Of a stretch of 64,000 bases of DNA, positions 42,175-51,566 are shown one piece after another (the first letter of the stretch is position 1; each line of letters starts with the position of its first letter). Position numbers and translations under genes: made by a program. Under the pieces are notes generated by a model, which saw only the letters and a list, made by a program, of their open reading frames with translations, had not been told where the DNA came from and made no database searches. The stretch is from Haplodiscus bocki (Eukaryota). The DNA lies in contig OZ296650.1 in NCBI GenBank assembly GCA_965655095.1, positions 44,826,001-44,890,000 of the forward strand, written 5' to 3'.

Positions 42175-42366
42175 CATACGGAAACGTATGACGAGATGAG
42201 AAGGCGCCAATGGCAGCGGGACACGGAAACGTGTCTCAAGGTGTGAGGCGTGGGTGCGGTGCGTACCGCGAGCCCCAGGAAGGAGGCAGAGGCACGGAAA
42301 CATGCCGAAAACGCACACAATTGCAATAGCGGAAGGAATTGGAGAAATGAAACGCGGAAACGCGTT
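42175..42366 (-). other. Array of four 6-bp hairpins with identical UUUC loops
   Basis: Minus strand: AACGCG-TTTC-CGCGTT (42366-42351), GGCATG-TTTC-CGTGCC (42306-42291), GACACG-TTTC-CGTGTC (42235-42220), CATACG-TTTC-CGTATG (42190-42175). Confidence 0.85.
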
Positions 42367-42481
42367 AGAAGGCATCGCTCTGGATGGGAAGAGAATACAT
42401 AGGAACATATAGAGAAGGAATAGATACATAGATTTAGATACATGGAGAAATATATATAACATACGCGAAAAAGGAGGCAAG

Positions 42482-44887
42482 TTAAGTAGTAGATTCGGAG
42501 TACAGAGGCACAGTAACAGTAGGATACACACTAGTGAGTGGGGGGTTAGGGTGAGAGTAGTTAGTAGGAGGGTGAGTGGGTAAGGCGGCAGCCGGAGGGT
42601 TGGGTGAGACTAAGGGTGGGGTCTGGTCACGAAGAGTTGCATGAGCGAGAGCCTGCAGGGCCTGAAACTCTTGCACTGAAAGGTACAAGAAAGAAGAGTC
42701 TGTGTCATGTGAAGTCGGAGGGGCGTCCACAATGTGCAAGAACTTGCCAGATGTACCACGGAAAAACCGTTGAGGGTGGGCAAAGAGACGTTTCCATTGG
42801 CGACGGAAGAGGGTAAAACTGATACTGAAGGTAAGGAGCGAGATAGTAATGGAGACGACCGAAAAACAGATAGCTGTACGGGTGGGGAGATAAGAGGATA
42901 AGGCTGCAGAGGTCGCCGGAGAGACAGAAGAATAATACTGAGCGATGGGTCGTGTTAGCTCAGCAAGGGATTCGCTGGACATGGTTTTAACATTAGGGGG
43001 TTCGGCTAATTCCAACCGAACGCTGCTAAGGACTGAGTGACGGGCTTCCGTCACAGAATATGTGTGGAAGGTACTGGTGGTGCGGGGAACATGCTGAAAG
43101 ATCTGATCCAGAGAAGGAGTAAGTTGTATTTTGGCCAAGAAGGGTTCGGGTTTAGTTTTGCAGAAATCGAGGTCAGGGCGAAGTTCCAAATCACCTTGAT
43201 TGAAAGAGAGGGTGCTACTGCAACTGGGGCGGATCAAGCAAGCTTTACAAGAGAGGGTAGAAATAGAAAAGTCAGAGCCACTGTCATTCTTCATCTGTAT
43301 GTGAGGGTCACGAGAGATAATATGATATAAACCATCGGCTAAATAAAAAGCTTGAGGAGCGTCAGGCAGAAGGACAGATTCTACTTTACAGTTACGAAGA
43401 GCGGGTATATCGTAATTATAGTATAAAGAAGGTAAACAAAGTAAGGTTTCGTCCGTAGTGGTCGAAAAACCTTGACGACAGAGTTTAATGCGGTTATTAC
43501 CAGAACATTGCTGAAGGCTGGCGGCATCGAGCTCAGCAAAACGGGAATTGTCAGTAGATATGGCTAGAAGAGGGTTGGGGAAGTGATACAAGGAAGCGGT
43601 ATCGCCATCATCGTTAGGCTGGTACAAGGGAATGGCGCGATAGACGTTGAAAGGTCTCTTGGAGTTCATCGGAACGCCGAGGACAACCGAAATACCTTTG
43701 GGGAGAAGGGAAACTTCTAAAACCATTTGGAGTTCATAGTAGATGGCTTCCTGGCCCACATGGATGGCAGGCGAGAGTTTGGTGCCACGAAGAATCTCGT
43801 CATGGGCAAGTTCGCTGACAATGGAAGCCAGTTGGGAAGGGAGGAGGAATTGAGGGCTGACATACCCAGCAGCCAGTGACGAAATCGTGGAATAGAGCGC
43901 AATCTGATAGGCGTAAAAAGCGGCTCTGTAGGATTTAACATGTGCGTACAGTGTTCCCAAATGATCAATATAATCCCGAATTTGTTGCAAAAAAGACATA
44001 CTGTGTATAAGTTGTTGATTACAAACCGGAAGGTTGGCTATCACGCCTTTGATTTCCATTAATTCTTTTTCCAGGGCTTTTAACTGTGTGCCCACGAGTT
44101 TTGTTATCTTGACCACACTGTCCTGTGTGTCTTTGATTTCGTTACCAAGCAAGAAAAATTTTTCATCATTTTTCGTTTGAACGCGTTGCAGAACATCTTG
44201 AAACTGATTTTGAGTAGCTAAAATTCCATCAATGTCGTTTTGTAAATCTGTAGTATCTGTGCAAAGGTTAAAAATAGAGAGCGCTGAACATGCAGCCTCT
44301 TTGACCGGGTCACCCAGAGCCAGTCCCGCGGCTCCCGCAGCCGCTGCGATGAGTCCAATTGCCCGTTTGCCTCTTGAAGGCGCGTCATGCGGGTGAATCG
44401 AAGGCGGTAAGAAGGAAGAAGCCATCGTCACCAAATTGTGTTGATCTGTCTGTGCAGCATGAATTTCATTTTCCAATACTTTCAATTTTTCTTCGAGTCG
44501 ATTAAACAAGTTGTCGTATAAGTGTTCCATGTCTGAGGTGTGACACAGCTTAACCGAGGACATGCCTGCGAGGGTATCGGAATGTCCACGTTGTTGGAGG
44601 ATAGTATACGCGTTGGTCAAGTTAATATCAGGGATCCTTGGGAACGGTGAGAACACACGAACCTTACTCTCACTTTCCGGTGTCACGGCTTGAAATTGAA
44701 AGACAAAAGCAGCACCTTTCTTGAAAACAGGGTCGTCCAATGAATCGCTCAAATGTGTTGTGAACTGGACGTCAGCACAGACGTTGAGAAAGGAGGATAA
44801 AAATGGGAGAAAAAAGAAAGGGGTGGGTGACGTCATATAGCTGGGGTGTCTCCTAAATAAAGAGAAGATCATACAATCATTCGGCAT
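42482..44887 (-). CDS. env: Env, class I fusion glycoprotein (F-type)
   Basis: Signal-like FFFLPFLSSFLNVCA, furin site RGKR (44374-44363) and fusion peptide AIGLIAAAAGAAGLALG. Then heptad repeats, a Cys-rich region, TM AICFSVVSITISLLTFSISFTLF and a long Pro-rich tail. Splice acceptor tcttctctttatttag|G at 44853/44852 predicts a 790-aa product. Confidence 0.92.
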   Translation of the reverse strand: MPNDCMIFSLFRRHPSYMTSPTPFFFLPFLSSFLNVCADVQFTTHLSDSLDDPVFKKGAAFVFQFQAVTPESESKVRVFSPFPRIPDINLTNAYTILQQRGHSDTLAGMSSVKLCHTSDMEHLYDNLFNRLEEKLKVLENEIHAAQTDQHNLVTMASSFLPPSIHPHDAPSRGKRAIGLIAAAAGAAGLALGDPVKEAACSALSIFNLCTDTTDLQNDIDGILATQNQFQDVLQRVQTKNDEKFFLLGNEIKDTQDSVVKITKLVGTQLKALEKELMEIKGVIANLPVCNQQLIHSMSFLQQIRDYIDHLGTLYAHVKSYRAAFYAYQIALYSTISSLAAGYVSPQFLLPSQLASIVSELAHDEILRGTKLSPAIHVGQEAIYYELQMVLEVSLLPKGISVVLGVPMNSKRPFNVYRAIPLYQPNDDGDTASLYHFPNPLLAISTDNSRFAELDAASLQQCSGNNRIKLCRQGFSTTTDETLLCLPSLYYNYDIPALRNCKVESVLLPDAPQAFYLADGLYHIISRDPHIQMKNDSGSDFSISTLSCKACLIRPSCSSTLSFNQGDLELRPDLDFCKTKPEPFLAKIQLTPSLDQIFQHVPRTTSTFHTYSVTEARHSVLSSVRLELAEPPNVKTMSSESLAELTRPIAQYYSSVSPATSAALSSYLPTRTAICFSVVSITISLLTFSISFTLFRRQWKRLFAHPQRFFRGTSGKFLHIVDAPPTSHDTDSSFLYLSVQEFQALQALAHATLRDQTPPLVSPNPPAAALPTHPPTNYSHPNPPLTSVYPTVTVPLYSESTT

Positions 44888-44911
44888 TGGTTCATTGGCT
44901 GTGACAGAGTG

Positions 44912-47900
44912 TTAGTGCTGGTTAGACAGAGCAGAAGGCATTGTGTTTGTCAGCCTCCGTGGAGAAAGGAAGTCCGTCAGATCGCGGGGTAAGCGAGAGC
45001 GGAAAAGAGGTTGTGCTTTTCGTTGAGTAACTGTGTTAGGTCGGAGGGTACGTTTGTTGGGGGGACTGCGGCTGTGTAGCTCGCGAGCAGCGCGGCGGAC
45101 AATATTCTCCACCGGGGAGAAAGGGGAGCTCGTAGGCGGGGAGTTGGTAAACGGAATGGTCCTGGGTTGATTGGAAGATGGCGTAATACGGGAAGGAGTT
45201 GAGGGTTGGGATGGCAAGGAGCAGGAGCGAGGCGTTAAATCGTAGGGAAGTGTGGAGGCAGTTATACTCGGTGAAATAGGTGGCGAGATATGAGAATCAA
45301 CGGGGACATTGCTGGCTGGGGTGTTGTCGGTAGGGGTCGGAAGCGGGTGGCTGAACCACGGCGAGGGAGCAAAGAGAGTAGGAGGAGGTAAAAACGAGAC
45401 AACGCAGTCATCGTGGTTGACGGTCTTCGAGGAGGTCTGCGAGTTCATCGGCTGAGCAGGTCCAGGAGGTGAAGGTCGGGTCGGTATTGTCGTGGAGGGA
45501 GGCGGAATGCCATGGTATCGTTTGAGGCGATCATAATGAACAATTTGCTGTTTGCCAGTAGAGAGCTCTTCAATTTTGTAGTTAACGTCATTGATGCACT
45601 TCAGAATGCGGTAGGGACCGCGCCAGGGGCTGGATAGTTTTGGACTTTGGCCAGGTACAGTAACGTCGTAGTGGAGAAGAACAAAATCATCCTCTCTGTA
45701 TGTGGGGCCGTGGACTTTCCTGTTGTAGAGAGCGTTGCGACGGCGTTGTTGAGCTGTAGTATTTCGCCGAACGAGTTCGAAAGCTCGGTGAAATTTCTGT
45801 TGTTGTGTCATCACATATTCATTGATGTTAGTTGGGATGTGGCTTTCGGGAGGCGGATACATCAAGTCAAGAGGAAGCAAAACCTCATGTCCAAGGACCA
45901 GACGGTTCGGAGTGAAACCGGTTGATTCGTGGACGGAGGACCGATATGCCATCAGGACGAAGGGAAGGAAATAAGACCAGTTAGATTGTTGTTTGTCGAT
46001 ACTTTTGGTGAGCATATTCAATAATGTGCGGTTCATGCGCTCAATGACTGAGTTTGACTGTGGGTGGAAAGAAGTGGTCCGTGTCTTATTGATTTCGAGC
46101 AAAGTCATCAGGCGCTGAAACAAGGCTGATTCGAAATTACGGCCTTGGTCCGTGTGAATGCTGTTAGGGCATCCAAAACGGCAAATCCAGTGTTCAAGTA
46201 GCGCATCGGCAGTAGTGGAAGCTTGCTGGTCTGGCAGAGGTATCGCCTCGTACCATTTGGTGAAATGGTCGCCAATCACAAGAATAAAGCGGTTGCCATT
46301 AGAAAGGGGAAGTGGGCCAAGAAAGTCGAGACCAATGTGATGGAAGGGGTAGCTGATCTTCCAGTCAACTAAGGAATGGCGGTGGGTCTTTGGGGGTCCA
46401 GACTTCTTTTGACAAACATCACAACATTGGATGAATTGCTTGACATCTTCTTTAAATCTGGGCCAGTAAAAACGTTGACGCACTTTTTCAATGACTTTGT
46501 GCGTTCCCAAATGACCAGCGGTTTTAGAACTGTGTAAAGCCGTCAAAATTTCTGGTACCATGGATCGCGGAATAATCTTTTGTAGGAAGGGCAAATTACC
46601 GTCAAGTGGTTCAAACTTTCGACAAAGCACGTTGTTTTTGATGTGGAGACTAGTTAATTGGTTGAACATTTGCCATCCTAAACGAGGGAGTCCTTGCAGT
46701 TCATCATTCCGAGGTACACGACTTTGTCGAATCCATTTCCGAACCTGGTGTAAGCTTTCGTCAGCTTCCTGTGCTTGTACCAAGGCGTTGTCATTGAAAT
46801 CGGAGTTACAGTCGTTCTCCTTAGGGTCTACTGGAGTTTTCAGAAAAACAGTAATGTGAACAGGGGAGGTACGAAAAACTTCCTGAATCAGTTGGCGTAC
46901 TTGCTCCCATTCGAGCTTGTCGAGGCCAGAGCCGATACATGGCAAACTAATTTTGTAAACGTGATGCTGTTCGGCGTGCGATCGCATTCTTTCCAAGGAA
47001 GCGCGCAAAGTTCCGTAAGTTGGTTTTTGAGAGAACTTCTGTTTTGTAACTAAATGGTAGATGTATCGTTTGGATTCAGGCAACCATTGGGGCCAAAGGG
47101 GGTTCGTGATGTGATTCCATCCAGTTGGGTAAGTACAAGGGTAGTTACGGCGAATCTTTCTCGCTATACCGGCCGACATTTTGAAGTCAGCGGACACACA
47201 GTGGCCAAAGGAATCGTGGGTATCGAAAAGGTTTCCGACGGTTTCACGGTAAATTCCGATTGCTTCATCTTGCTGTTGAGTTGTTGCATTCGTCATGGGG
47301 GAATCGATGTGATGTTGGTCAGAATAGTAACTATCGTCGTTCACTTGCGCCTGATAGGTGGGCGAGTCATTGGGTCCCAGGTGTTCTTCAAACGGGAATG
47401 AAGGGTTGTTTGTTTCTGCTACTGTATTTACGGAAGATGGAATTCGTGAGAGTCCATCGGCATGTCCAATAGACTTTCCAGGACGATGTCGAACATCGTA
47501 ATCAAAAGGTGCCAACTTTTCCAACCAGCGAGCAGTTATTCCATCAGGGTCTTTGAAATTATGCAACCATTGAAGTGCTCGGTGATCCGTTACAATGGTG
47601 AACTTACGTCCCAGTAAGTAGTGTCTGAAGTGACGGGTGAAAGTTACAATGGCCAAGAGTTCACGGCGAGTTGCTGAGTACTTGCTTTGGGTCTTAGAAA
47701 GAGCCTTGGATGCGTAACAGACTGCTCGTTCCAAACCATTTTGTTCCTGAGCCAAAACAGCGCCCATGGCGAATTGGCTGGCGTCCGTATATAACACAAA
47801 TGGCTTTTGAAGTGACGGGTATGCTAAAATTGGAGTGGTCGTCAAACGATGTTTCAACGAGTCAAAGGAATTTTGTGCTGCGTCGTTCCATTGAAACTCA

Positions 47901-49771
47901 GAAGACGTTTCACTTGCTTTGTGTAAGGGTCGAGCGATTTCAGCAAAATCCTTGACGTAACGGCGATAGTAGGAGGCTAAGCCTAAAAAGGACTTCACTT
48001 GCGTCTGGCTGGTGGGGGTTGGAAATTTAAGTACTGCATTGACTTTCTCGGGGTCCACTTGAAGTCCATCTTTACTGACAATGTGCCCAAGGAACTGTAC
48101 CTTCGTTTGAAAGAAAGCGCATTTCGAAGGATTGATTTTCAAGTTGGCCTGTTGGAAACGTTGAAATACTTGGCGTAAACGTGAAAGGTGTTCCTCCGGG
48201 GTCGTGGAGAAGATGATGCAGTCGTCGAGATAGGGTACACACGTTTTCCACGTAAGGCCAGTAAGGACATGTTCCATTAAGCTTTGGAAAGTGTTTGGGC
48301 TTCCAGTTAGTCCCATCGGCATTCGCAGCCACTTGAATGATCCAAAGGGTGTGCTAAAGGCAGTGTAGTCTTGGCTGTCCCTGTCCATTGGTACTTGATA
48401 AAATCCAGCAGACATATCAATTGTAGAGAAATAACAGCTTCCGCCCAGTGTGTCGAAGATTTCTTCAATAGACGGGATCGGCCAACTAGATTTGATAGTC
48501 TGCTTGTTGAGTTGGCGGTAATCAATAACAAGACGCAACTTTCCATTTTTCTTTGGCACTAGCATAGCAGGAGAACTGTACGGACTATGACAAGGTGCGA
48601 TCAAGTCTTTCTCCAAAAAGACATCAAGTTTGGACTGCAAATCCTCCTTATAGTGCAATGGCATTCGGCGATTAGGAATTTTGATCGGTTTGGAGCCAGG
48701 GTAGACATCAATCTTGTGATTGGTAGCGTCACACTTACCCAAGTCCCATTCTGAGGACGAAAAAACGTGCCTGAATTCTTTGACGAGTGCGGCAAAGTGT
48801 TGATGGTATTGTTGGTGAATGGTTGGATCAACTGAGGTGATCACTGTTTGCAAGTCATATTTCGAGGAGTCTGTCCGATTTTGTAAAGATCCTGCCGCCG
48901 GAGATTCGCTGGGGGCCGGCAATGGGCGACTAACATTATTGATAATGTCATCAGATACAAATTCGGATGACCCAAGAGTTGTGTTTTTGTAGATCGTGAT
49001 CTCGGAGTCCGTTGTGTTAGTCATTATGACAGGGATCATCTCGTCAGAAAAATCAAAAAGTATGTTGAGAGCTGAGATATTTTCACTCATAGTGAATTTC
49101 TCCAAAGGTTCAAAAACGGCATTGAGGTGGAAAGGTGGTCTCTTCCAATTTGGAATGTGTGCTGGAAGAATTGTTGCATGGCCTGCTGGTACGTTAATGG
49201 TTTCGGTCGCAACGACTCGAAAGATAGCATTGTGGTCAATTTCAAAATTTTTGTGGTAGAGGGGGACAGAATGGGTTGAGTCCAATTTTAACTCCATTCG
49301 TGAAAACAAGGGGTCGCATTTATGGCGTTCTAAGAAGTCCAAACCTAAAAGGCAGTCAGCTTCTGATTTCTCCAAAACTCGAAACTCGTGATGGAATAAT
49401 TTGTTTCCCACATATACTGGTACTCTGATGAGGCCTTTCACATCAATCGGCAGTCCATTTGCCGCTCTCAGGTTTTTGTTGCAGGTGTCCAAGGTTATTT
49501 GATAAGTTTTCTTCAATTCGTTGTAAATCTCAGAGCTTAGACAAGACACACTTGCTCCACAATCGCATACTGCTTCCACATCTTTGTCTAAAATTTTCAA
49601 TCGAACAAAGACACTGCGCGAATCAACCATCGAATTTAAACCAAATGTTCGTTGTGGGCCCTTTTTATTGTTCAAGTCTGCGCGAGGACCCTTTTGCGTA
49701 GACTGTTTTAGTTTTCCTGGTTGGATCGTTGCATAGGACAGTCTCGTCGGAAATGTCCAACGCGAAGGCAA
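44912..49771 (-). CDS. pol: Pol polyprotein: protease, dUTPase-like spacer, RT, RNase H, macrodomain, integrase (GPY/F), Pro/Ser-rich tail
   Basis: Motifs: VCDCGAS (PR); LRLVIDYRQLN, MPMGL, YLDD (RT); YTDAS, ELLA, TDH, ADGLSR (RH); H-x6-H...CDVC, LDFLGP, TDQG, ERMN (IN); WRGPY. Probably translated only through the frameshift near 49711. Confidence 0.97.
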   Translation of the reverse strand: MPSRWTFPTRLSYATIQPGKLKQSTQKGPRADLNNKKGPQRTFGLNSMVDSRSVFVRLKILDKDVEAVCDCGASVSCLSSEIYNELKKTYQITLDTCNKNLRAANGLPIDVKGLIRVPVYVGNKLFHHEFRVLEKSEADCLLGLDFLERHKCDPLFSRMELKLDSTHSVPLYHKNFEIDHNAIFRVVATETINVPAGHATILPAHIPNWKRPPFHLNAVFEPLEKFTMSENISALNILFDFSDEMIPVIMTNTTDSEITIYKNTTLGSSEFVSDDIINNVSRPLPAPSESPAAGSLQNRTDSSKYDLQTVITSVDPTIHQQYHQHFAALVKEFRHVFSSSEWDLGKCDATNHKIDVYPGSKPIKIPNRRMPLHYKEDLQSKLDVFLEKDLIAPCHSPYSSPAMLVPKKNGKLRLVIDYRQLNKQTIKSSWPIPSIEEIFDTLGGSCYFSTIDMSAGFYQVPMDRDSQDYTAFSTPFGSFKWLRMPMGLTGSPNTFQSLMEHVLTGLTWKTCVPYLDDCIIFSTTPEEHLSRLRQVFQRFQQANLKINPSKCAFFQTKVQFLGHIVSKDGLQVDPEKVNAVLKFPTPTSQTQVKSFLGLASYYRRYVKDFAEIARPLHKASETSSEFQWNDAAQNSFDSLKHRLTTTPILAYPSLQKPFVLYTDASQFAMGAVLAQEQNGLERAVCYASKALSKTQSKYSATRRELLAIVTFTRHFRHYLLGRKFTIVTDHRALQWLHNFKDPDGITARWLEKLAPFDYDVRHRPGKSIGHADGLSRIPSSVNTVAETNNPSFPFEEHLGPNDSPTYQAQVNDDSYYSDQHHIDSPMTNATTQQQDEAIGIYRETVGNLFDTHDSFGHCVSADFKMSAGIARKIRRNYPCTYPTGWNHITNPLWPQWLPESKRYIYHLVTKQKFSQKPTYGTLRASLERMRSHAEQHHVYKISLPCIGSGLDKLEWEQVRQLIQEVFRTSPVHITVFLKTPVDPKENDCNSDFNDNALVQAQEADESLHQVRKWIRQSRVPRNDELQGLPRLGWQMFNQLTSLHIKNNVLCRKFEPLDGNLPFLQKIIPRSMVPEILTALHSSKTAGHLGTHKVIEKVRQRFYWPRFKEDVKQFIQCCDVCQKKSGPPKTHRHSLVDWKISYPFHHIGLDFLGPLPLSNGNRFILVIGDHFTKWYEAIPLPDQQASTTADALLEHWICRFGCPNSIHTDQGRNFESALFQRLMTLLEINKTRTTSFHPQSNSVIERMNRTLLNMLTKSIDKQQSNWSYFLPFVLMAYRSSVHESTGFTPNRLVLGHEVLLPLDLMYPPPESHIPTNINEYVMTQQQKFHRAFELVRRNTTAQQRRRNALYNRKVHGPTYREDDFVLLHYDVTVPGQSPKLSSPWRGPYRILKCINDVNYKIEELSTGKQQIVHYDRLKRYHGIPPPSTTIPTRPSPPGPAQPMNSQTSSKTVNHDDCVVSFLPPPTLFAPSPWFSHPLPTPTDNTPASNVPVDSHISPPISPSITASTLPYDLTPRSCSLPSQPSTPSRITPSSNQPRTIPFTNSPPTSSPFSPVENIVRRAARELHSRSPPNKRTLRPNTVTQRKAQPLFRSRLPRDLTDFLSPRRLTNTMPSALSNQH
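46841..47254 (-). other. TARG1/OARD1 (DarG-like) macrodomain inside Pol
   Basis: GNLF...FGHCVSADFKMSAGIA...RYIYHLVTKQKFSQKPTYGTLRASLERMRSH...ISLPCIGSGLDKLEWEQVRQLIQEVF...ITVF aligns closely with human OARD1 (GDLF...LAHCISEDCRMGAGIA...[31 protein letters not shown]...[26 protein letters not shown]...ITVY). Confidence 0.92.
49656..49717 (-). promoter_or_regulatory. -1 ribosomal frameshift signal (G GAA AAC plus H-type pseudoknot)
   Basis: GGAAAAC sits directly before the gag stop, and pol is in the -1 frame (CAG GAA AAC TAA vs CCA GGA AAA CTA). After a 6-nt spacer come stem 1 AGUCUACGC/GCGCAGACU and stem 2 GGGUCCU/AGGGCCC. Confidence 0.8.
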
Positions 49772-51123
49772 TTAAAACAGGCTTGACACTCATGAGAAGC
49801 ATGGTTTCTTCGTTTACAATGTCGACATTCTTGATTTTGGGGTTGGTATCTGGGAGATGTCTTGTTGCTGTTGCTATTCATAGGCTGGTGATTTCCGGCA
49901 TTCTTGCTGTGTGTATTGTAACGCATTGATTGATTGTGTCTATAAGGTGATTCACTGTTGTTTGTGCGTCCACGGTCCTCTTCGAATCGAACCGATCGGG
50001 ATTTGAACCCATTTTGTCTGTCATACGAGGTACTCCGGTCATTACGGTGGGTTGCCCTGTTTTCTGATCTGTCTCCTGAATTACTTCTGTTGTCATATCT
50101 GTTGGATCTCCGTTCGTCGTTTCTTGGTTCGAAATTTTGTCGATAATGTTTCTGTTCATTGGATCCGCTTCTATTCCGATTTGGGTCACTAGTGCGATAC
50201 TGATTCCGACCTCTTTCGGGCGAGTTTTGTCTTCTGTGGATCGACGACTTCAATTCATTAATTTCTTTTCTAAGGCTTTTGACGAGTTCATTCATAGGGT
50301 CTGTTTGCAAAGCGTTGGCTGCGATTGAATTAATACTGCTCGGGAACAAGGAGCTAGCCGAAGCATTGTTCTGACGCTCCAGAGCAAGGAAAGAGTCTAG
50401 TTCAATGGCCATTGTCAGGGCTTCATCGGCTGTTGATGGTTTCGTTTTTCTCAGTTCCCATCGGAGAGTGGAACTTTGCAATCCCTCGATGAAACTGGTG
50501 AGGACGATTTGGTCTATCAGATGCGGATGGGCACGGTATGCTCGGCGTGCCAATGTTCGAATATCACAGAGGAAAGTTGCAATATCTTGACTTGGTTGCT
50601 GCTTCGCAGCTTTTAATCGTGCTTTCAAAATGTCCACATTGGTTGTGTAATTTTGTCTGAACGCGTCGACAAGGAGGTCAAAATCATTCTGTTGTTCGGG
50701 TGACAATGTGGTGTAAAAATGAAGTGCATTGTCCCTCAATCGAAGTGCAAAGTACTGGGGACGATTGTCGTGTCGGGAAGAGTGCCATCCCGAGAGCATC
50801 GCGGCCGTGTTGAACTGTTGGAGATAATCTTCAAAGTCTCCTGATCCAGTAAATGAGTCAGGCATCAGGCATGACGGCAGGGTACTAGTGGGGTTGAAAT
50901 AAAAACCACCAGGTCCCATCTGGGCAGTTGGAGCTGCTCCATGGCCCAAGAGTGTCGAAAAATGAGGTCCGGCCGAAGCGGATCCACCTGCTTCGTGTCG
51001 CGCAGCAAATCCCGGGGTTGAGTGAGGGTCATTTGAGTTTGTAACTCTGGATCTTCTTGGCGCGTCTGCATCTCTTTCTTCGAATTCGTTGACATTGATG
51101 TTACTTTCTCCCACTTCAGTCAT
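49708..51123 (-). CDS. gag: Gag (471 aa)
   Basis: Retrotransposon capsid-like region (FTGSGDFEDYLQQF...FIEGL), an Arg/Ser/Asn-rich region, and two CCHC knuckles (CRHCKRRNHASHEC, CFNCLRVGHFRRDC). Confidence 0.95.
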   Translation of the reverse strand: MTEVGESNINVNEFEERDADAPRRSRVTNSNDPHSTPGFAARHEAGGSASAGPHFSTLLGHGAAPTAQMGPGGFYFNPTSTLPSCLMPDSFTGSGDFEDYLQQFNTAAMLSGWHSSRHDNRPQYFALRLRDNALHFYTTLSPEQQNDFDLLVDAFRQNYTTNVDILKARLKAAKQQPSQDIATFLCDIRTLARRAYRAHPHLIDQIVLTSFIEGLQSSTLRWELRKTKPSTADEALTMAIELDSFLALERQNNASASSLFPSSINSIAANALQTDPMNELVKSLRKEINELKSSIHRRQNSPERGRNQYRTSDPNRNRSGSNEQKHYRQNFEPRNDERRSNRYDNRSNSGDRSENRATHRNDRSTSYDRQNGFKSRSVRFEEDRGRTNNSESPYRHNQSMRYNTHSKNAGNHQPMNSNSNKTSPRYQPQNQECRHCKRRNHASHECQACFNCLRVGHFRRDCPMQRSNQEN

Positions 51124-51197
51124 TGTGATTAGTAGTCAGCGTTATCTTTATTTTTGGTAAAAAGGTGCGAATTTGAGGGACTGGTGCAAATTGCAGT

Positions 51198-51566
51198 TCA
51201 AATTTGAGTTTTCTCACTTTTGAGGTACAGATTTGTCAAATATACTTCTATAAGGTGCAAGTTTTCTACCCACTTTCTAGCTAACCGGAAATAAAACAGT
51301 GATTTGGGATGTACTCTCGATAGTTGTTTCCTACTGGAAAGCTTTTCGACGACAATATTAGTACTATGTGCGGTATCGTGGATTTGCAACAAGGTTAAAT
51401 AAATTAGAGACAATTGAGGTGACAATTGACAGGCATGGGCAGAGTATTTCTCCAAATGTTGAAAGAGTCCGAACGATTCGACCTGACAGAAGAAACACGG
51501 GTATTGGGTGGGGGTATGCTGTGGGTCTAAGAGTTTGGCTTCTGATTTAAAGATGAAAGAATGCAT
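51198..51566 (-). CDS. Leader ORF 2: 122-aa putative zinc-binding protein
   Basis: ATG-initiated ORF before gag with YPCFFC-x9-H-x6-H-x-C, resembling a C2H2/C2HC finger. Confidence 0.55.
   Translation of the reverse strand: MHSFIFKSEAKLLDPQHTPTQYPCFFCQVESFGLFQHLEKYSAHACQLSPQLSLIYLTLLQIHDTAHSTNIVVEKLSSRKQLSRVHPKSLFYFRLARKWVENLHLIEVYLTNLYLKSEKTQI

Noticed and set aside
42070-42531. 153-aa and 119-aa hydrophobic ORFs between env and the J-domain ORF
   Set aside because: Their Phe/Leu/Pro/Ser bias follows from the pyrimidine-rich strand. The region is better explained as hairpin array plus polypyrimidine tract.
49552-49566. Protease active site reads DCG rather than DTG/DSG
   Set aside because: DCG variants occur in other Gypsy proteases, so this is not evidence of inactivity or novelty.
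45647-50590. Many 60-115 aa plus-strand ORFs opposite gag/pol
   Set aside because: Expected antisense shadows of long coding frames, with no motifs.
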